The notes below the pieces were generated by a model, which searched no databases, was not told the DNA's origin, and saw only the letters and a list, made by a program, of their open reading frames with translations. A program made the position numbers and the translations under genes. From assembly GCA_964646255.1 (NCBI GenBank), contig CAZYDI010000008.1:2184-66183 (forward strand): a stretch of 64,000 nucleotides of DNA, in the 5' to 3' direction. This document shows positions 28,140 through 39,022 of the stretch, in pieces; position 1 is the stretch's first letter, and every line of letters starts with the position of its first letter. Origin of the DNA: an uncultured Bacteroidales bacterium (GTDB lineage: Bacteria > Bacteroidota > Bacteroidia > Bacteroidales > UBA10428).

Positions 28140-30709
28140 TCAGCTACTTCTTCAATGTCATCAACAGCTGCACTGGCTTCTTCCTCTGCATGCAACACTT
28201 TCATTACCACCTCTTCCTTCTTTTTGTTGAGTGATATAACAATAGTATCGCCCTCGTGCATATTTGACTTGATGATTACTTCAGCCATGGGATCTTCCAG
28301 GTATTTCTGGATTGCCCTTTTCAGAGGTCTTGCACCAAACTGAATATCGAAACCTTTCTCGGCAATAAAGTCTTTCGCAGCTTCCGACATTTTGATTTTA
28401 TACCCCATGGCAATTATCCTGGCGTATAATCCTTTAAGTTCGATATCTATAATTTGATGTATATCTTCACGGGTAAGGGTATTGAAGATAATCACATCAT
28501 CAATACGATTCAGGAATTCGGGAGAGAAAGCCTTTTTTAGCGCATTCTGAATAACGCTCTTTGTATATTCATTGGACGTCTCCTGCTTTGATTTTGTAGT
28601 GAATCCCACACCCTGGCCGAAATCCTTCAGCTGACGGGTACCGATATTGGAAGTCATAATAACAATGGTATTCCTGAAATCAACCCTTCGGCCTAAACTA
28701 TCCGTAAGCTGGCCTTCGTCGAGTACCTGAAGAAGAATATTGTAAACATCGGGGTGGGCCTTCTCTATTTCATCGAGCAGCACAACACTATAAGGACGGC
28801 GCCTTACTTTCTCGGTCAATTGTCCGCCTTCTTCATATCCGATATAGCCCGGAGGTGCACCAACAAGCCTCGATACGGAGAATTTTTCCATATACTCGCT
28901 CATGTCGATGCGTATGAGATTGTTAAAAGAATCGAATAAATAGGAAGCCAGTACCTTGGCTAGTTGCGTTTTTCCAACCCCGGTGGGACCGAGGAAAATA
29001 AATGTTCCTATCGGTTTATTGGGATCTTTTAACCCTGCGCGGTTACGCTGAATCGACTTTACCACCTTATCGATGGCTTCATCCTGTCCAATTACGCTTC
29101 CTTTGAGCTCTTCGCCCATTTTTAGCAGGCGTTGTCCTTCTTCGAGGGCTATACGCTGAACCGGAACTCCCGTCATCATAGCAACTACTTCAGCTACCTT
29201 TTCGGCATCAACGATTTGCCTGTTGCGGGTAAGTTCTTTTTCCCATTTCAGTTTTTCATCGTCAAGCAGTTCAAGCAATTCTTTCTCTTTATCCCTGAAA
29301 CTTGCTGCTTTTTCGAAATTCTGGTTTTTAACCGCCTTGATCTTTTCTTTCTTGGTTTCCTCGATTCTCTTTTCGAGTTCGATTATTTTCTCGGGAACAT
29401 GAATATTGCTGATATGAACCCTTGAACCCGACTCATCAAGCGCATCAATAGCCTTGTCAGGCAAATGCCTGTCTGAAATATAGCGGTTGGTTAATTTAAC
29501 ACATGCATCAATCGCTTCGGGAGTATAAATTACATTATGATGGTCTTCGTATCTTTCCTTTATGTTATTCAGTATTTCGGAGGTTTCTTCGGGTGAAGTG
29601 GGTTCAACCATAACCTTCTGAAAACGGCGTTCAAGTGCACCGTCTTTTTCGATATGCTGACGGTATTCGTCCAGCGTGGTTGCACCAATGCACTGGATAT
29701 CGCCACGTGCCAGGGCCGGTTTAAGCATATTGGCTGCATCGAGTGAGCCCGTTGCACCTCCGGCACCTACAATGGTGTGAATTTCGTCGATGAATAAAAC
29801 AATATTGGAAGTTTTGGAGAGCTCATTGAGAATAGCTTTCATCCTTTCCTCAAACTGGCCGCGGTATTTTGTGCCTGCAACAATGGCAGCCAGATCAAGC
29901 GTTACTACGCGTTTACCAAACAACACCCGGGAAACCTTTTTCTGGATAATTCTCAGGGCAAGCCCCTCTACAATGGCTGATTTGCCAACACCTGGTTCTC
30001 CAATAAGGATAGGATTGTTCTTTTTTCTCCTGCTGAGAATCTGTGCCAGCCTTTCAATTTCTTTTTCCCGGCCAACTATCGGATCGAGCCTGTCTTCCTC
30101 TGCGGCTTTGGTAAGGTCGGTTCCAAAATTATCGAGAACCGGCGTTTCAGAGTTCGATTTGGCTCCTGATTCCGGATTTTGACCTTTTCCACCCTGTGAA
30201 CCGAAAGAACCCATCGTTTCATCATCTTCGTGCGGATAATCAGCCCTTGGCTCATTGTCTTCGGAATCACTCATATGTTCATTGAGCAATTCTTTCCTGA
30301 CCTTATCATAATCGATATTATGGTCAAACAACATCCGTGAAACCGCCGCATTTTCATCTTTTATCAATGCCAGTAAAAGATGACCCGTATCGATGGTACT
30401 TTTTTTCAGTGATTTGGCTTCGAGATAAACCAATTTGAGAATTCTTTCCGATGTTTTAAGCAAGGGAACATTATCAGAGTCGGTAACTTTTATCGGGCCG
30501 CTGGGCGATATTATCGATTCAATATCTTTTTTTAACTGGTATAAATTGGCACCCAGTGAAACCAGTATATCTATAGCAACTCCTTCACCTTCACGCAATA
30601 TGCCAAGCAGCATATGCTCAGGAGCAATTTCATTGTTTCCCAGCCGAATTGCCTCTTCTTTACTGAAAGAAAGTACATCTTTTATTCTTTGCGAAAACTT
30701 GGCATCCAT
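28136..30709 (-). CDS. clpC: ATP-dependent Clp protease ATP-binding subunit (ClpC-type, two AAA+ modules, Clp_N repeats)
   Basis: Clp_N repeats, Walker [16 protein letters not shown] and [12 protein letters not shown], Walker B LFIDEIH and [10 protein letters not shown], and a UVR-like linker. Confidence 0.9.
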   Translation of the reverse strand: MDAKFSQRIKDVLSFSKEEAIRLGNNEIAPEHMLLGILREGEGVAIDILVSLGANLYQLKKDIESIISPSGPIKVTDSDNVPLLKTSERILKLVYLEAKSLKKSTIDTGHLLLALIKDENAAVSRMLFDHNIDYDKVRKELLNEHMSDSEDNEPRADYPHEDDETMGSFGSQGGKGQNPESGAKSNSETPVLDNFGTDLTKAAEEDRLDPIVGREKEIERLAQILSRRKKNNPILIGEPGVGKSAIVEGLALRIIQKKVSRVLFGKRVVTLDLAAIVAGTKYRGQFEERMKAILNELSKTSNIVLFIDEIHTIVGAGGATGSLDAANMLKPALARGDIQCIGATTLDEYRQHIEKDGALERRFQKVMVEPTSPEETSEILNNIKERYEDHHNVIYTPEAIDACVKLTNRYISDRHLPDKAIDALDESGSRVHISNIHVPEKIIELEKRIEETKKEKIKAVKNQNFEKAASFRDKEKELLELLDDEKLKWEKELTRNRQIVDAEKVAEVVAMMTGVPVQRIALEEGQRLLKMGEELKGSVIGQDEAIDKVVKSIQRNRAGLKDPNKPIGTFIFLGPTGVGKTQLAKVLASYLFDSFNNLIRIDMSEYMEKFSVSRLVGAPPGYIGYEEGGQLTEKVRRRPYSVVLLDEIEKAHPDVYNILLQVLDEGQLTDSLGRRVDFRNTIVIMTSNIGTRQLKDFGQGVGFTTKSKQETSNEYTKSVIQNALKKAFSPEFLNRIDDVIIFNTLTREDIHQIIDIELKGLYARIIAMGYKIKMSEAAKDFIAEKGFDIQFGARPLKRAIQKYLEDPMAEVIIKSNMHEGDTIVISLNKKKEEVVMKVLHAEEEASAAVDDIEEVAD

Positions 30710-30899
30710 TTTTTTTCTTCAATCGTTTGTACTTAATTTATAACGCAAATATACGATTTATTGTTTTACGTTTTTAACAGCGGATGTTAATATAAACAAT
30801 CAAAAAAAAGCGTTTAAACCGCATTAAATGCCTACTTTAGCAACTTGAATCATGCAAGCTTTTCAGTATGATTAATACTTTAATTACAAGATATTTATA

Positions 30900-33398
30900 A
30901 TGGCCGACGGAGAAAAGATTATTCAGATAAACATAGAAGAGGAAATGAAATCAGCCTACATCGATTATTCGATGTCGGTTATTGTTTCAAGAGCATTACC
31001 GGATGTAAGAGATGGATTAAAACCTGTTCACAGAAGGGTTTTGTTTGGGATGCAGGATCTGGGTGTATTTTCAAATCGTCCCTATAAGAAGTCAGCACGT
31101 ATTGTGGGTGAAGTCCTGGGTAAGTATCATCCACATGGAGATACCTCTGTATATGATGCAATGGTACGAATGGCACAGGACTGGTCATTGCGCTACCCGT
31201 TGGTTGAAGGCCAGGGAAATTTCGGATCAATGGACGGTGATAGTCCGGCAGCCATGCGTTACACCGAAGCAAGGTTGAGAAAGATAGCAGAAGAAATGCT
31301 CAGCGACATCGAAAAGAATACGGTTGATATGCAGCTGAATTTCGATGATACGCTAAATGAACCAACGGTACTTCCATCAAAAATTCCAAATCTTCTTGTT
31401 AATGGCGCCTCTGGTATAGCCGTAGGTATGGCTACCAATATGCCGCCGCATAACCTTACCGAAGTTTGCAAGGGAATCATTGCATATATCGACAACAGTG
31501 AGATTACTACTGAGCAGCTGATGACCTATGTTAAAGGCCCGGATTTTCCTACCGGCGGAATAATATATGGTTACCAGGGCATTAAAGAAGCATTTGAAAC
31601 AGGGCGCGGCAGGATTGTCATGCGGGCCCGCACTGAAATTGAAATTACACCCTCGGGAAGAGAAGTTATCGTGGTAAAGGAAGTCCCTTACCAGGTGAAT
31701 AAAGCCGACATGATTAAAAAAATCGCCGAACTCATCAACGATAAAAAACTCGAAGGAATTTCATATATAAACGATGAAACCGACCGCAATGGTGTTCGGG
31801 TTGTAATTATTTGCAAAAAAGACGCTCAGTCGAGTGTGGTACTCAATAATCTTTTTAAACAAACACAACTTCAGACTACCTTTAATGTAAATAATATTGC
31901 CCTTGTCCATGGCAGGCCCAAACTGCTTTCACTCAGGCAAAGCATAAAGTATTTTGTGGAACACAGGCACGATGTTGTAATACGGCGTACAAAATTCGAA
32001 CTGGATGAATCGGAGAAAAAGGCCCATATCCTTGAAGGATTACTTATCGCTTTGGATAATCTGGATGCGGTAATTACCCTCATTCGGTCGTCAAAAACAC
32101 CGGACGAAGCCAAGGAAGGGCTAATTGCAACCTTTAACCTTAGCGAGTTACAGGCAAAAGCTATTCTTGAAATGCGACTTCAGCGGTTAACCGGGCTCGA
32201 AAGGGAAAAAATCAAAGCCGAATATGAAGAATTGCTAAAGACTATTGCCTGGCTAAAAAGTTTGCTTGCCGATGAGTCGTTAAGAATGCAAGTCATTAAG
32301 GATGAAATGCAGGAAATAATTGATCAGTATGGTGATGAACGCCGCACTACCATTATTCCTGATGAAGGTGAATTCAATCCTGAGGATTTTTATGCCGACG
32401 ATGAAATGATTATAACCATTTCACACCTCGGTTATATTAAAAGGACACCTTTAAGTGAATTCAAAACACAGGCAAGGGGAGGGAAAGGATCCAAAGGATC
32501 GGAAACCAGGGACGAAGATTACCTTGAATATATGTATAGTGCCACCATGCACAACACCATGCTTTTCTTTACCGAGAATGGCCGTTGTTTCTGGCAAAAA
32601 GTATATGAAATCCCTGAAGGCACAAAAACATCAAAAGGAAGGGCTATCCAGAATCTGCTCAATGTTGACCAAAATGATAAGGTAAAGGCTTTCATTAATT
32701 TGAAAAGCATTGTGGATACTGATTATATCCAAAACAACTATATAGTTTTATGTACCCGGAAAGGTGTTATTAAGAAAACATCGCTCGAAGCCTATTCAAG
32801 GCCGAGGCAAAACGGGATTAATGCCATAAGTATCCGTGAGGGCGACAGCCTGCTCGAAGCACAGCTGACCAACGGTAACAATGAGATAATCTTGGCAGTT
32901 CGTTCAGGAAAGGCCATTCGCTTTAATGAAAAAACAGTGCGGCCAATGGGTCGTAACGCATCGGGTGTTACCGGGGTAAGGTTCACCGAGCCTGACGATG
33001 AAGTAATCGGAATGATTTGCATCAACGACCCTTCAAAATCGGTGCTGGTGGTATCAGAAAAGGGTTACGGCAAACGTACTGAACTCGATGACTACCGCAT
33101 TACCAACAGGGGGGGCAAAGGTGTCAAAACCATTAACGTTACCGAGAAAACCGGAAATCTTATAGCCATAAAATCGGTTACCGACAAGGATGATATAATG
33201 ATTATCAATAAAAGCGGTCTTACCATCAGGCTGGCAGTTGCAAATTTAAGGCTGATGGGCCGTGCTACACAAGGAGTAAGGCTGATCAACATCAAAGCAG
33301 GTGACTCGATTGCCGCAGTTACGGATGTAGTAGGGGCAGGGGAGGAAACGGATGAGAAAGAAGGGCAGGGGAACGGTGAAGAAATTACAACTACTTAA
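30900..33398 (+). CDS. gyrA: DNA gyrase subunit A
   Basis: [39 protein letters not shown] (active-site Tyr region), C-terminal beta-pinwheel repeats and an acidic tail. Confidence 0.95.
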   Translation: MADGEKIIQINIEEEMKSAYIDYSMSVIVSRALPDVRDGLKPVHRRVLFGMQDLGVFSNRPYKKSARIVGEVLGKYHPHGDTSVYDAMVRMAQDWSLRYPLVEGQGNFGSMDGDSPAAMRYTEARLRKIAEEMLSDIEKNTVDMQLNFDDTLNEPTVLPSKIPNLLVNGASGIAVGMATNMPPHNLTEVCKGIIAYIDNSEITTEQLMTYVKGPDFPTGGIIYGYQGIKEAFETGRGRIVMRARTEIEITPSGREVIVVKEVPYQVNKADMIKKIAELINDKKLEGISYINDETDRNGVRVVIICKKDAQSSVVLNNLFKQTQLQTTFNVNNIALVHGRPKLLSLRQSIKYFVEHRHDVVIRRTKFELDESEKKAHILEGLLIALDNLDAVITLIRSSKTPDEAKEGLIATFNLSELQAKAILEMRLQRLTGLEREKIKAEYEELLKTIAWLKSLLADESLRMQVIKDEMQEIIDQYGDERRTTIIPDEGEFNPEDFYADDEMIITISHLGYIKRTPLSEFKTQARGGKGSKGSETRDEDYLEYMYSATMHNTMLFFTENGRCFWQKVYEIPEGTKTSKGRAIQNLLNVDQNDKVKAFINLKSIVDTDYIQNNYIVLCTRKGVIKKTSLEAYSRPRQNGINAISIREGDSLLEAQLTNGNNEIILAVRSGKAIRFNEKTVRPMGRNASGVTGVRFTEPDDEVIGMICINDPSKSVLVVSEKGYGKRTELDDYRITNRGGKGVKTINVTEKTGNLIAIKSVTDKDDIMIINKSGLTIRLAVANLRLMGRATQGVRLINIKAGDSIAAVTDVVGAGEETDEKEGQGNGEEITTT

Positions 33399-33495
33399 TA
33401 TTCTGCTTTTTTTGGTCAATATGCAAATTGAAATTATATTTGGCAGAATTTTTGTTTTCACTATAACGAAACATTTTTAACTACTTTAAAAAATA

Positions 33496-34821
33496 ATGAA
33501 AATGAAGCGAATTACTTTGTTTCTCCTTGCGATGATTTTTTTAGCAGGTGCCGGCATAAAAGCACAGACTGCAACCACCACCACTTCGGTAATGAATTAT
33601 GGAGGATTGGAGGCAAAACTGAAAAAAAGCAATGCTGACATAGAGAATCCTAAAAAAAATACCAAAGCAAAAACCTGGACAACCAGAGCCCAGACTTTAA
33701 TTGATATATATTCTGTTCATGATATTCTGCAGAAGGGCATGGATCCTGCCCGCGCAGAAGTATTCTTAGGTAAAGCCAAAGAAATACAGACCTCACAGGA
33801 AGGGCCCAACCAGGTTGAAACGTACATCTACGACCGGGTAAAGCTGAAATTTGTCAATGGAGCGCTGGATAGTTGGACAGATATCAACAAAATTCATGAG
33901 AATCCGCTTCCTGAAGTACAAAAGGCACTTGATGAAGCCATCAAATTGAATACGGATAGTAAAGCAGATAATGATATCCTTAATGTTATCAGGGGTTTAA
34001 AACGGGCATACCAGGCAGAAGCCATCAGGAACTATGAACTGGAAGAATATAAAGCTTCCTATGAAAACTTCTCCAGTATTCTTGATCTCAATAAGCTCCC
34101 CCAGATGAACAACAGGGTTGATACCATATTGATTTATTTTGCCGGTAGAGCTGCATTCGAAAACAAGGATTATGCCGAGGCCAGCCGGCTTTTTGAAGAA
34201 ACAGCTTCCTATAATTTCAAGGATCCCCTGTTATACGTTTTCCGCAAACAAGCATTGTTTGCAATAGGCGACACTGCAAAGGGTGTGGACGTTATTACCC
34301 AGGGTTTCACTGCATACCCCGAAGATCAGTCAATCATGATTGAATTGATCAACTATTACCTTGATACCGATAAGCCCGAAGACGCTCTAAAGCTTATTGC
34401 CAAAGCCAAGGAAGGTGATCCTTCGAATGTTTCCTACCTGTTTACCGAAGGAACCCTTTATGACAAGATGGGCCGGTTTGAAGATGCTGAAAACGCGTAT
34501 AAAGCTTGCATCGAAGCAAAACCAGACTATTATGATGCCCATTATAACCTTGGTGTACTATATTACAATAGGGCCGTGAATGTTTACGAAGAAGCTTCGA
34601 GAATATCAGATAACGCTGCTTTTGAGAAAAAGCAGGCCGAAGGTGATGAAATACTGAGGCAGGCTGTTCCGTATATGGAAAAAGTTGCCAATATGGAAGC
34701 TGCAACACAAACATCGTACGATACCAAGCGGTCGGCGCTGGAAACCCTTAAAACCATTTATTATCGACTGAAAATGGAAGATAACAGACAGGAAGTAATC
34801 AATAAACTAAATACCCTGTAA
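33496..34821 (+). CDS. Secreted TPR repeat protein
   Basis: Signal peptide MKMKRITLFLLAMIFLAGAGIKAQ, with TPR-like motifs (YEEAENAYKACIEAKPDYYDAHYNLGVLYYN). Confidence 0.7.
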   Translation: MKMKRITLFLLAMIFLAGAGIKAQTATTTTSVMNYGGLEAKLKKSNADIENPKKNTKAKTWTTRAQTLIDIYSVHDILQKGMDPARAEVFLGKAKEIQTSQEGPNQVETYIYDRVKLKFVNGALDSWTDINKIHENPLPEVQKALDEAIKLNTDSKADNDILNVIRGLKRAYQAEAIRNYELEEYKASYENFSSILDLNKLPQMNNRVDTILIYFAGRAAFENKDYAEASRLFEETASYNFKDPLLYVFRKQALFAIGDTAKGVDVITQGFTAYPEDQSIMIELINYYLDTDKPEDALKLIAKAKEGDPSNVSYLFTEGTLYDKMGRFEDAENAYKACIEAKPDYYDAHYNLGVLYYNRAVNVYEEASRISDNAAFEKKQAEGDEILRQAVPYMEKVANMEAATQTSYDTKRSALETLKTIYYRLKMEDNRQEVINKLNTL

Positions 34822-34829
34822 TAAACTTG

Positions 34830-34858
34830 AAAGGGGAGTCATTTTTTGATTCCCCTTT
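34830..34858 (+). terminator. Hairpin terminator after the TPR gene
   Basis: AAAGGGGA (34830-34837) pairs with TCCCCTTT (34851-34858), followed by T/A-rich sequence. Confidence 0.6.
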
Positions 34859-34978
34859 ATATTTATATTTTCTATTTAACATAATATTAATTATCGGACA
34901 ATTATTTTTTTATTGTTCGTAAACGGTTAATTTACAACCAAACAGAAAACGGTTTGTTATGCATCAAAACAAATTCGT

Positions 34979-35539
34979 ATGGCTGAGGTATTGTCAGATC
35001 AAAAACGTGATGCATTACTCCTGACTATAAGCAAGCGGTTTAAAAAGCACATGCACCGGCATGAAGCAATCGACTGGCCTTCCATTCAGGAAATCCTTGT
35101 CAATAATCCCCGGTATCTTTCTTCGGTATATGAAATGGAAAAGACCGGAGGTGAACCCGACATTGTATTCACCGGCAATGGATTTAAAGAAATTGCTTTT
35201 ATTGACTGTTCTGTTGAAACTCCAACCGGCCGTAGAAATACCTGCTATGATCGCCAGGCATGGGCGTCACGCAAGGAAAACAAGCCCGAAAACAATGCCA
35301 TCGACATGGCCGTTGATATGGGTATAGAACTGCTCACTGAAGATCAATACAGGCATTTGCAGCAATTGGGTGAATTTGATTTAAAAACTTCCAGTTGGCT
35401 GAAAACACCCGGGGACATACGCCAGGCAGGAGGCGCAATCTTTGGCGATCGCCGGTATGGCCATGTTTTTGTCTATCATAACGGAGCCCAGTCATATTAT
35501 TCTGTTCGTGGTTTTCGTGGTATCCTTACAATTAAATAA
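34979..35539 (+). CDS. DUF4256 domain protein
   Basis: KRFKKHMHRHEAIDWPSIQEILVNNP...MEKTGGEPDIV matches my recollection of the DUF4256 family. Confidence 0.65.
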   Translation: MAEVLSDQKRDALLLTISKRFKKHMHRHEAIDWPSIQEILVNNPRYLSSVYEMEKTGGEPDIVFTGNGFKEIAFIDCSVETPTGRRNTCYDRQAWASRKENKPENNAIDMAVDMGIELLTEDQYRHLQQLGEFDLKTSSWLKTPGDIRQAGGAIFGDRRYGHVFVYHNGAQSYYSVRGFRGILTIK

Positions 35540-35967
35540 CAGTGGTGAAAAAAAATTCAAAAAGTTTCGTTTATCGCAGTAGTCTCTCCCTGGCTGTTCT
35601 TTTCATTATGGCCTGTAAAAAAAAGGTGGTGTTTGGTTAAAACTATACAACCATTCCCTATCCACTGCTTTTTTAGTGCTTTTCGCCCTGAGTTTTTTAT
35701 TGCATTTGTATGGAAGTTTGAAAGATCATAATTTTGAAAGAACGCTTAAATAATTGCCACCTGAAACCTGTAATGCATATTATGTGCGACAATCCAGATT
35801 TTAGAGTGAATTTCTTTCCAATGCAGCCATTGTTTTATTGTCGGTATGGCTGCGGGAAAAAGGATCGCCGGAATCAAAACCTGTCGACATGCCGCACCTG
35901 GAGAATTAAAGGGTTGCTTTTTGCATTGGCATATTATTTGAACAAACTATCCAAATCTTATATCATC

Positions 35968-36693
35968 ATGAAAAACGCAATCGTATCTCATGCAATTTTG
36001 TTTGTTGCTCTCCTTCTGCCTTCCTGTAGCAGCGGACAATTTCTTGAAAAGGTGAATGAAGCCCTTAATACCACCGGAAGTGGTGGTTTTACCGAAGTTG
36101 AAGCCGCTAACGCTATTAAAGAAGCGCTCATCCAGGGAACCGGCAAAAGTGTTGACATTGTTTCTGCGCTTGACGGATATTTTAAAAATCCCGAAATAAA
36201 AATCCCTTTTCCACCAGAGGCCGCCAATGTTGAATCAAAACTAAGGGCAATTGGTTTGGGCAGCGAAGTGGACAAGGCAATACTTTCTATCAACAGAGCT
36301 GCTGAAGATGCAGCCAAGGAAGCGGCCCCTATATTTATTGCTGCCATTAAAAACATGACCATTGCCGATGCCATAGGCATTGTAAAGGGTAATCAAAATG
36401 CGGCGACGCTGTATCTAAGCAAAACCACAGGTGTTGAATTAAAGCGTAAGTTCAGCCCGGTGATAAAAAACTCCCTGGATAAAGTAAATGCAACACGCTA
36501 TTGGACTGATATTATGAACGCCTACAATAAAATACCGTTTGTACAAAAAATGAATCCCGATCTTTCAGCATATGTGACTGACAAAGCCATAGAAGGACTA
36601 TTTGTCATGGTAGCAAAGGAAGAGCTGAAAATCAGGAAAGATCCTGTTGCCCGCACAACGGAATTATTGCGAAAGGTATTTGGTAACCAATAA
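35968..36693 (+). CDS. DUF4197 domain lipoprotein
   Basis: Lipobox LLLPSCSS, with IKEALIQGTGKSV, PEIKIPFPPEA, INRAAEDAAKEAAPIFIAAIKNMTIADA and NAATLYL, typical of DUF4197. The start is taken at the internal MKNAIV (ATG 35968). Confidence 0.65.
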   Translation: MKNAIVSHAILFVALLLPSCSSGQFLEKVNEALNTTGSGGFTEVEAANAIKEALIQGTGKSVDIVSALDGYFKNPEIKIPFPPEAANVESKLRAIGLGSEVDKAILSINRAAEDAAKEAAPIFIAAIKNMTIADAIGIVKGNQNAATLYLSKTTGVELKRKFSPVIKNSLDKVNATRYWTDIMNAYNKIPFVQKMNPDLSAYVTDKAIEGLFVMVAKEELKIRKDPVARTTELLRKVFGNQ

Positions 36694-36699
36694 AAAAAA

Positions 36700-36722
36700 A
36701 CAGGCCGCATTTAGCGGCCTGT
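36700..36722. terminator. Bidirectional terminator between the DUF4197 gene and the csp gene
   Basis: ACAGGCCGC / GCGGCCTGT stem preceded by a nine-A run and followed by T/A-rich sequence. Confidence 0.7.
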
Positions 36723-36748
36723 TAATTAAAATATATACGTGATATACT

Positions 36749-36940
36749 TTAGCTCAATTTTACATTCACAGCATTGAGTCCTTTCCTACCCTGCTGTAAA
36801 TCATAAGTTACTTCGTCATCCTGACCAACCTGGTCAACCAGTCCACTAACGTGAACAAAATGCTCTTCACCGGATTCATTATCCTTAATAAATCCGAATC
36901 CTTTTGATGCATTAAAAAACTTAACTTTTCCTTCTTTCAT
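36749..36940 (-). CDS. Cold-shock protein (CspA family)
   Basis: MKEGKVKFFNASKGFGFIKDNESGEEHFVHVSGL contains the RNP1/RNP2 motifs (KGFGFI, FVHVS). Confidence 0.9.
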   Translation of the reverse strand: MKEGKVKFFNASKGFGFIKDNESGEEHFVHVSGLVDQVGQDDEVTYDLQQGRKGLNAVNVKLS

Positions 36941-37076
36941 AAAAAAAATAATAAATAATTAAAGCACGAAGATATATCAAATATTTTAAAACATTAACCC
37001 GAACCAAAATATAGTAAGGTTTCAGCAAAAATAAAGCTTTGTAAAAGTCATATCTTTATAGCGTAAACAAGGGTTA

Positions 37077-38798
37077 ATGAGAAGATCTTACTTGCTGCGC
37101 ACCAAATCACTGGAGCAAATCCTGCATGATTCAAAACAACAAGGGAGCGGAAATACACTCAGACGCACATTGGGAGTAAGGGACCTTACCGCATTTGGTA
37201 TTGCAGCCATTATTGGTGCCGGAATTTTTTCCACTATCGGAAATGCTGCGGCTAACGGCGGTCCGGCCATCAGTGTTCTTTTCATATTTACTGCCATCGC
37301 ATGTGGTTTTTCTGCTTTATGTTACGCTGAATTTGCTTCGAGGGTACCAATTTCAGGAAGTGCATACACCTATGCCTACTTTTCACTGGGTGAAATTGTT
37401 GCATGGATTATTGGTTGGGATTTACTGCTGGAATATGCCATCGGTAATATTGCCTGTGCTATTTCATGGTCAGATTACTTTACGGAATTTATTAAAGGCT
37501 TTGGGTGGTACTTTCCGGAATATTTATCGATGGACTATTTCAGTGCATCACGGGCACACCAAATGGTAATGACATCGCATAATCCTTCGTTGTTACCTGA
37601 AACAATCATCAATGCCAGCCATGCATGGAAGGATGCTCCTGCTTTTTTAGGAATAAAAGTCATTGCTGACCTGCCCGCGCTGTTCATTGTGTTTATCATT
37701 ACCTATATCGTGTTTATCGGAATCAGGGAATCCCGCACATTCAATAACATCATGGTAGCGATAAAACTGCTGGTAATATTTGGTGTAATCGTAGTTGGTT
37801 CCTTTTATGTGCATCCCGAAAACTGGAATCCGTTTGCACCTGAAGGCATTTCGGGGGTGTTAAAGGGGGTGAGCGCAGTCTTTTTTGCTTTTATCGGGTT
37901 TGATGCCATTTCCACCACTGCCGAAGAATGCCGCAATCCATCGAGAGATCTTCCCCGATCAATTTTCTATGCGCTGGCAATTTGTACCGTACTTTATGTT
38001 GTTGTTGCCCTTGTTTTGACTGGCATGGTGAATTATAAAAGCCTGGCTGTTGGCGATCCCCTGTCATATGTATTTAAAATTGCAGGCATCGAATGGTTTA
38101 GCGGAATTATTGCATTTTCGGCATTAATTGCCATGGGTGGTGTTATACTGATTTTTCAGCTGGGCCAGCCCAGGATATGGATGAGTATGAGCAGAGACGG
38201 ACTTCTTCCCGGAATTTTTTCCCGAATCAGTCCCAAATATAGGACCCCCTCGTTCTCAACCATTATTACGGGATTGGTTGTTGCCGTCCCGGCCTTGTTC
38301 ATGAACTTAACGGAAGTAACTGATCTTACCAGCATAGGCACGCTGTTTGCCTTTGTTGTTGTTTGTACGGGAGTGCTGGTAATACAAACCAGGGAGACTG
38401 CGCATCCCAGGGCCAAATACCAGGTGCCCTATATCAATGGTAAATACCTTGTGCCTTTGATCCTGGTACTTATTGTTGCAATAAGCTTTGCATACGACAG
38501 ATCTTTCTTTTATGGCTTTTTGATGGAAAGTGATATGATGTTTAAGGAGAAAATTCCCGTACTGTTGTTTATAATGGTATGTGCCGTAACAGTATGGTTA
38601 AGTTACCGGAAAAACTTATCACTTATTCCGGTATTAGGATTGTTAAGTTGTATGTTTCTGATGACCAAATTGGGATATACCAATTGGTTAAGGTTTTTGA
38701 TATGGTTAGGCGTTGGTCTGGTGTTATATTTCACCTATGGCAGGAAGAACAGTAAACTTAATAAGGCAATTAAAATTCCCGGTATTCAGGGGCGGTAA
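37077..38798 (+). CDS. APC superfamily amino acid permease (paralog of 25364-26809 with a longer C-terminus)
   Basis: GIAAIIGAGIFSTIG and YAEFASRVPISGSAYTYAY motifs, with 12 or more TM helices. Confidence 0.85.
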   Translation: MRRSYLLRTKSLEQILHDSKQQGSGNTLRRTLGVRDLTAFGIAAIIGAGIFSTIGNAAANGGPAISVLFIFTAIACGFSALCYAEFASRVPISGSAYTYAYFSLGEIVAWIIGWDLLLEYAIGNIACAISWSDYFTEFIKGFGWYFPEYLSMDYFSASRAHQMVMTSHNPSLLPETIINASHAWKDAPAFLGIKVIADLPALFIVFIITYIVFIGIRESRTFNNIMVAIKLLVIFGVIVVGSFYVHPENWNPFAPEGISGVLKGVSAVFFAFIGFDAISTTAEECRNPSRDLPRSIFYALAICTVLYVVVALVLTGMVNYKSLAVGDPLSYVFKIAGIEWFSGIIAFSALIAMGGVILIFQLGQPRIWMSMSRDGLLPGIFSRISPKYRTPSFSTIITGLVVAVPALFMNLTEVTDLTSIGTLFAFVVVCTGVLVIQTRETAHPRAKYQVPYINGKYLVPLILVLIVAISFAYDRSFFYGFLMESDMMFKEKIPVLLFIMVCAVTVWLSYRKNLSLIPVLGLLSCMFLMTKLGYTNWLRFLIWLGVGLVLYFTYGRKNSKLNKAIKIPGIQGR

Positions 38799-39022
38799 TT
38801 ACCAAATACCCAAGAACAAAAAGGGAAATTGCCGGAACCAGAACGAGAAGTAAAGTTGCCATATTCAATTTGTTTAGCTGATTACTTATATACCAAATAT
38901 ACGTGTTTTCGTCAAAGAAAGTTATAGGTTCGTCAAATTTTTTTCAATAATTGCTATAAATATTTCGCGAAATCACCTTAACAATCACATTATCAAAAAT
39001 GTAATAAATGTGTATACAACCC

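Noticed and set aside
33109-33115. G7 run inside gyrA as a possible phase-variation tract
   Set aside because: It is shorter than typical contingency tracts and lies in an essential gene (encoding NRGGKG). It is most likely incidental.
35734-35967. 78-codon N-terminal extension of the DUF4197 ORF in the track
   Set aside because: The extension starts at a non-ATG codon, is Cys/Arg-rich and has no signal peptide. The internal Met at 35968 gives a normal lipoprotein signal (LLLPSC) directly followed by the conserved domain.
38770-38862. Resemblance of the small hydrophobic ORF to KdpF (shared LLGYLV-type core)
   Set aside because: There are no kdp genes in the window. The similarity is just a generic TM helix. 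I kept it only as an unnamed candidate small membrane protein.
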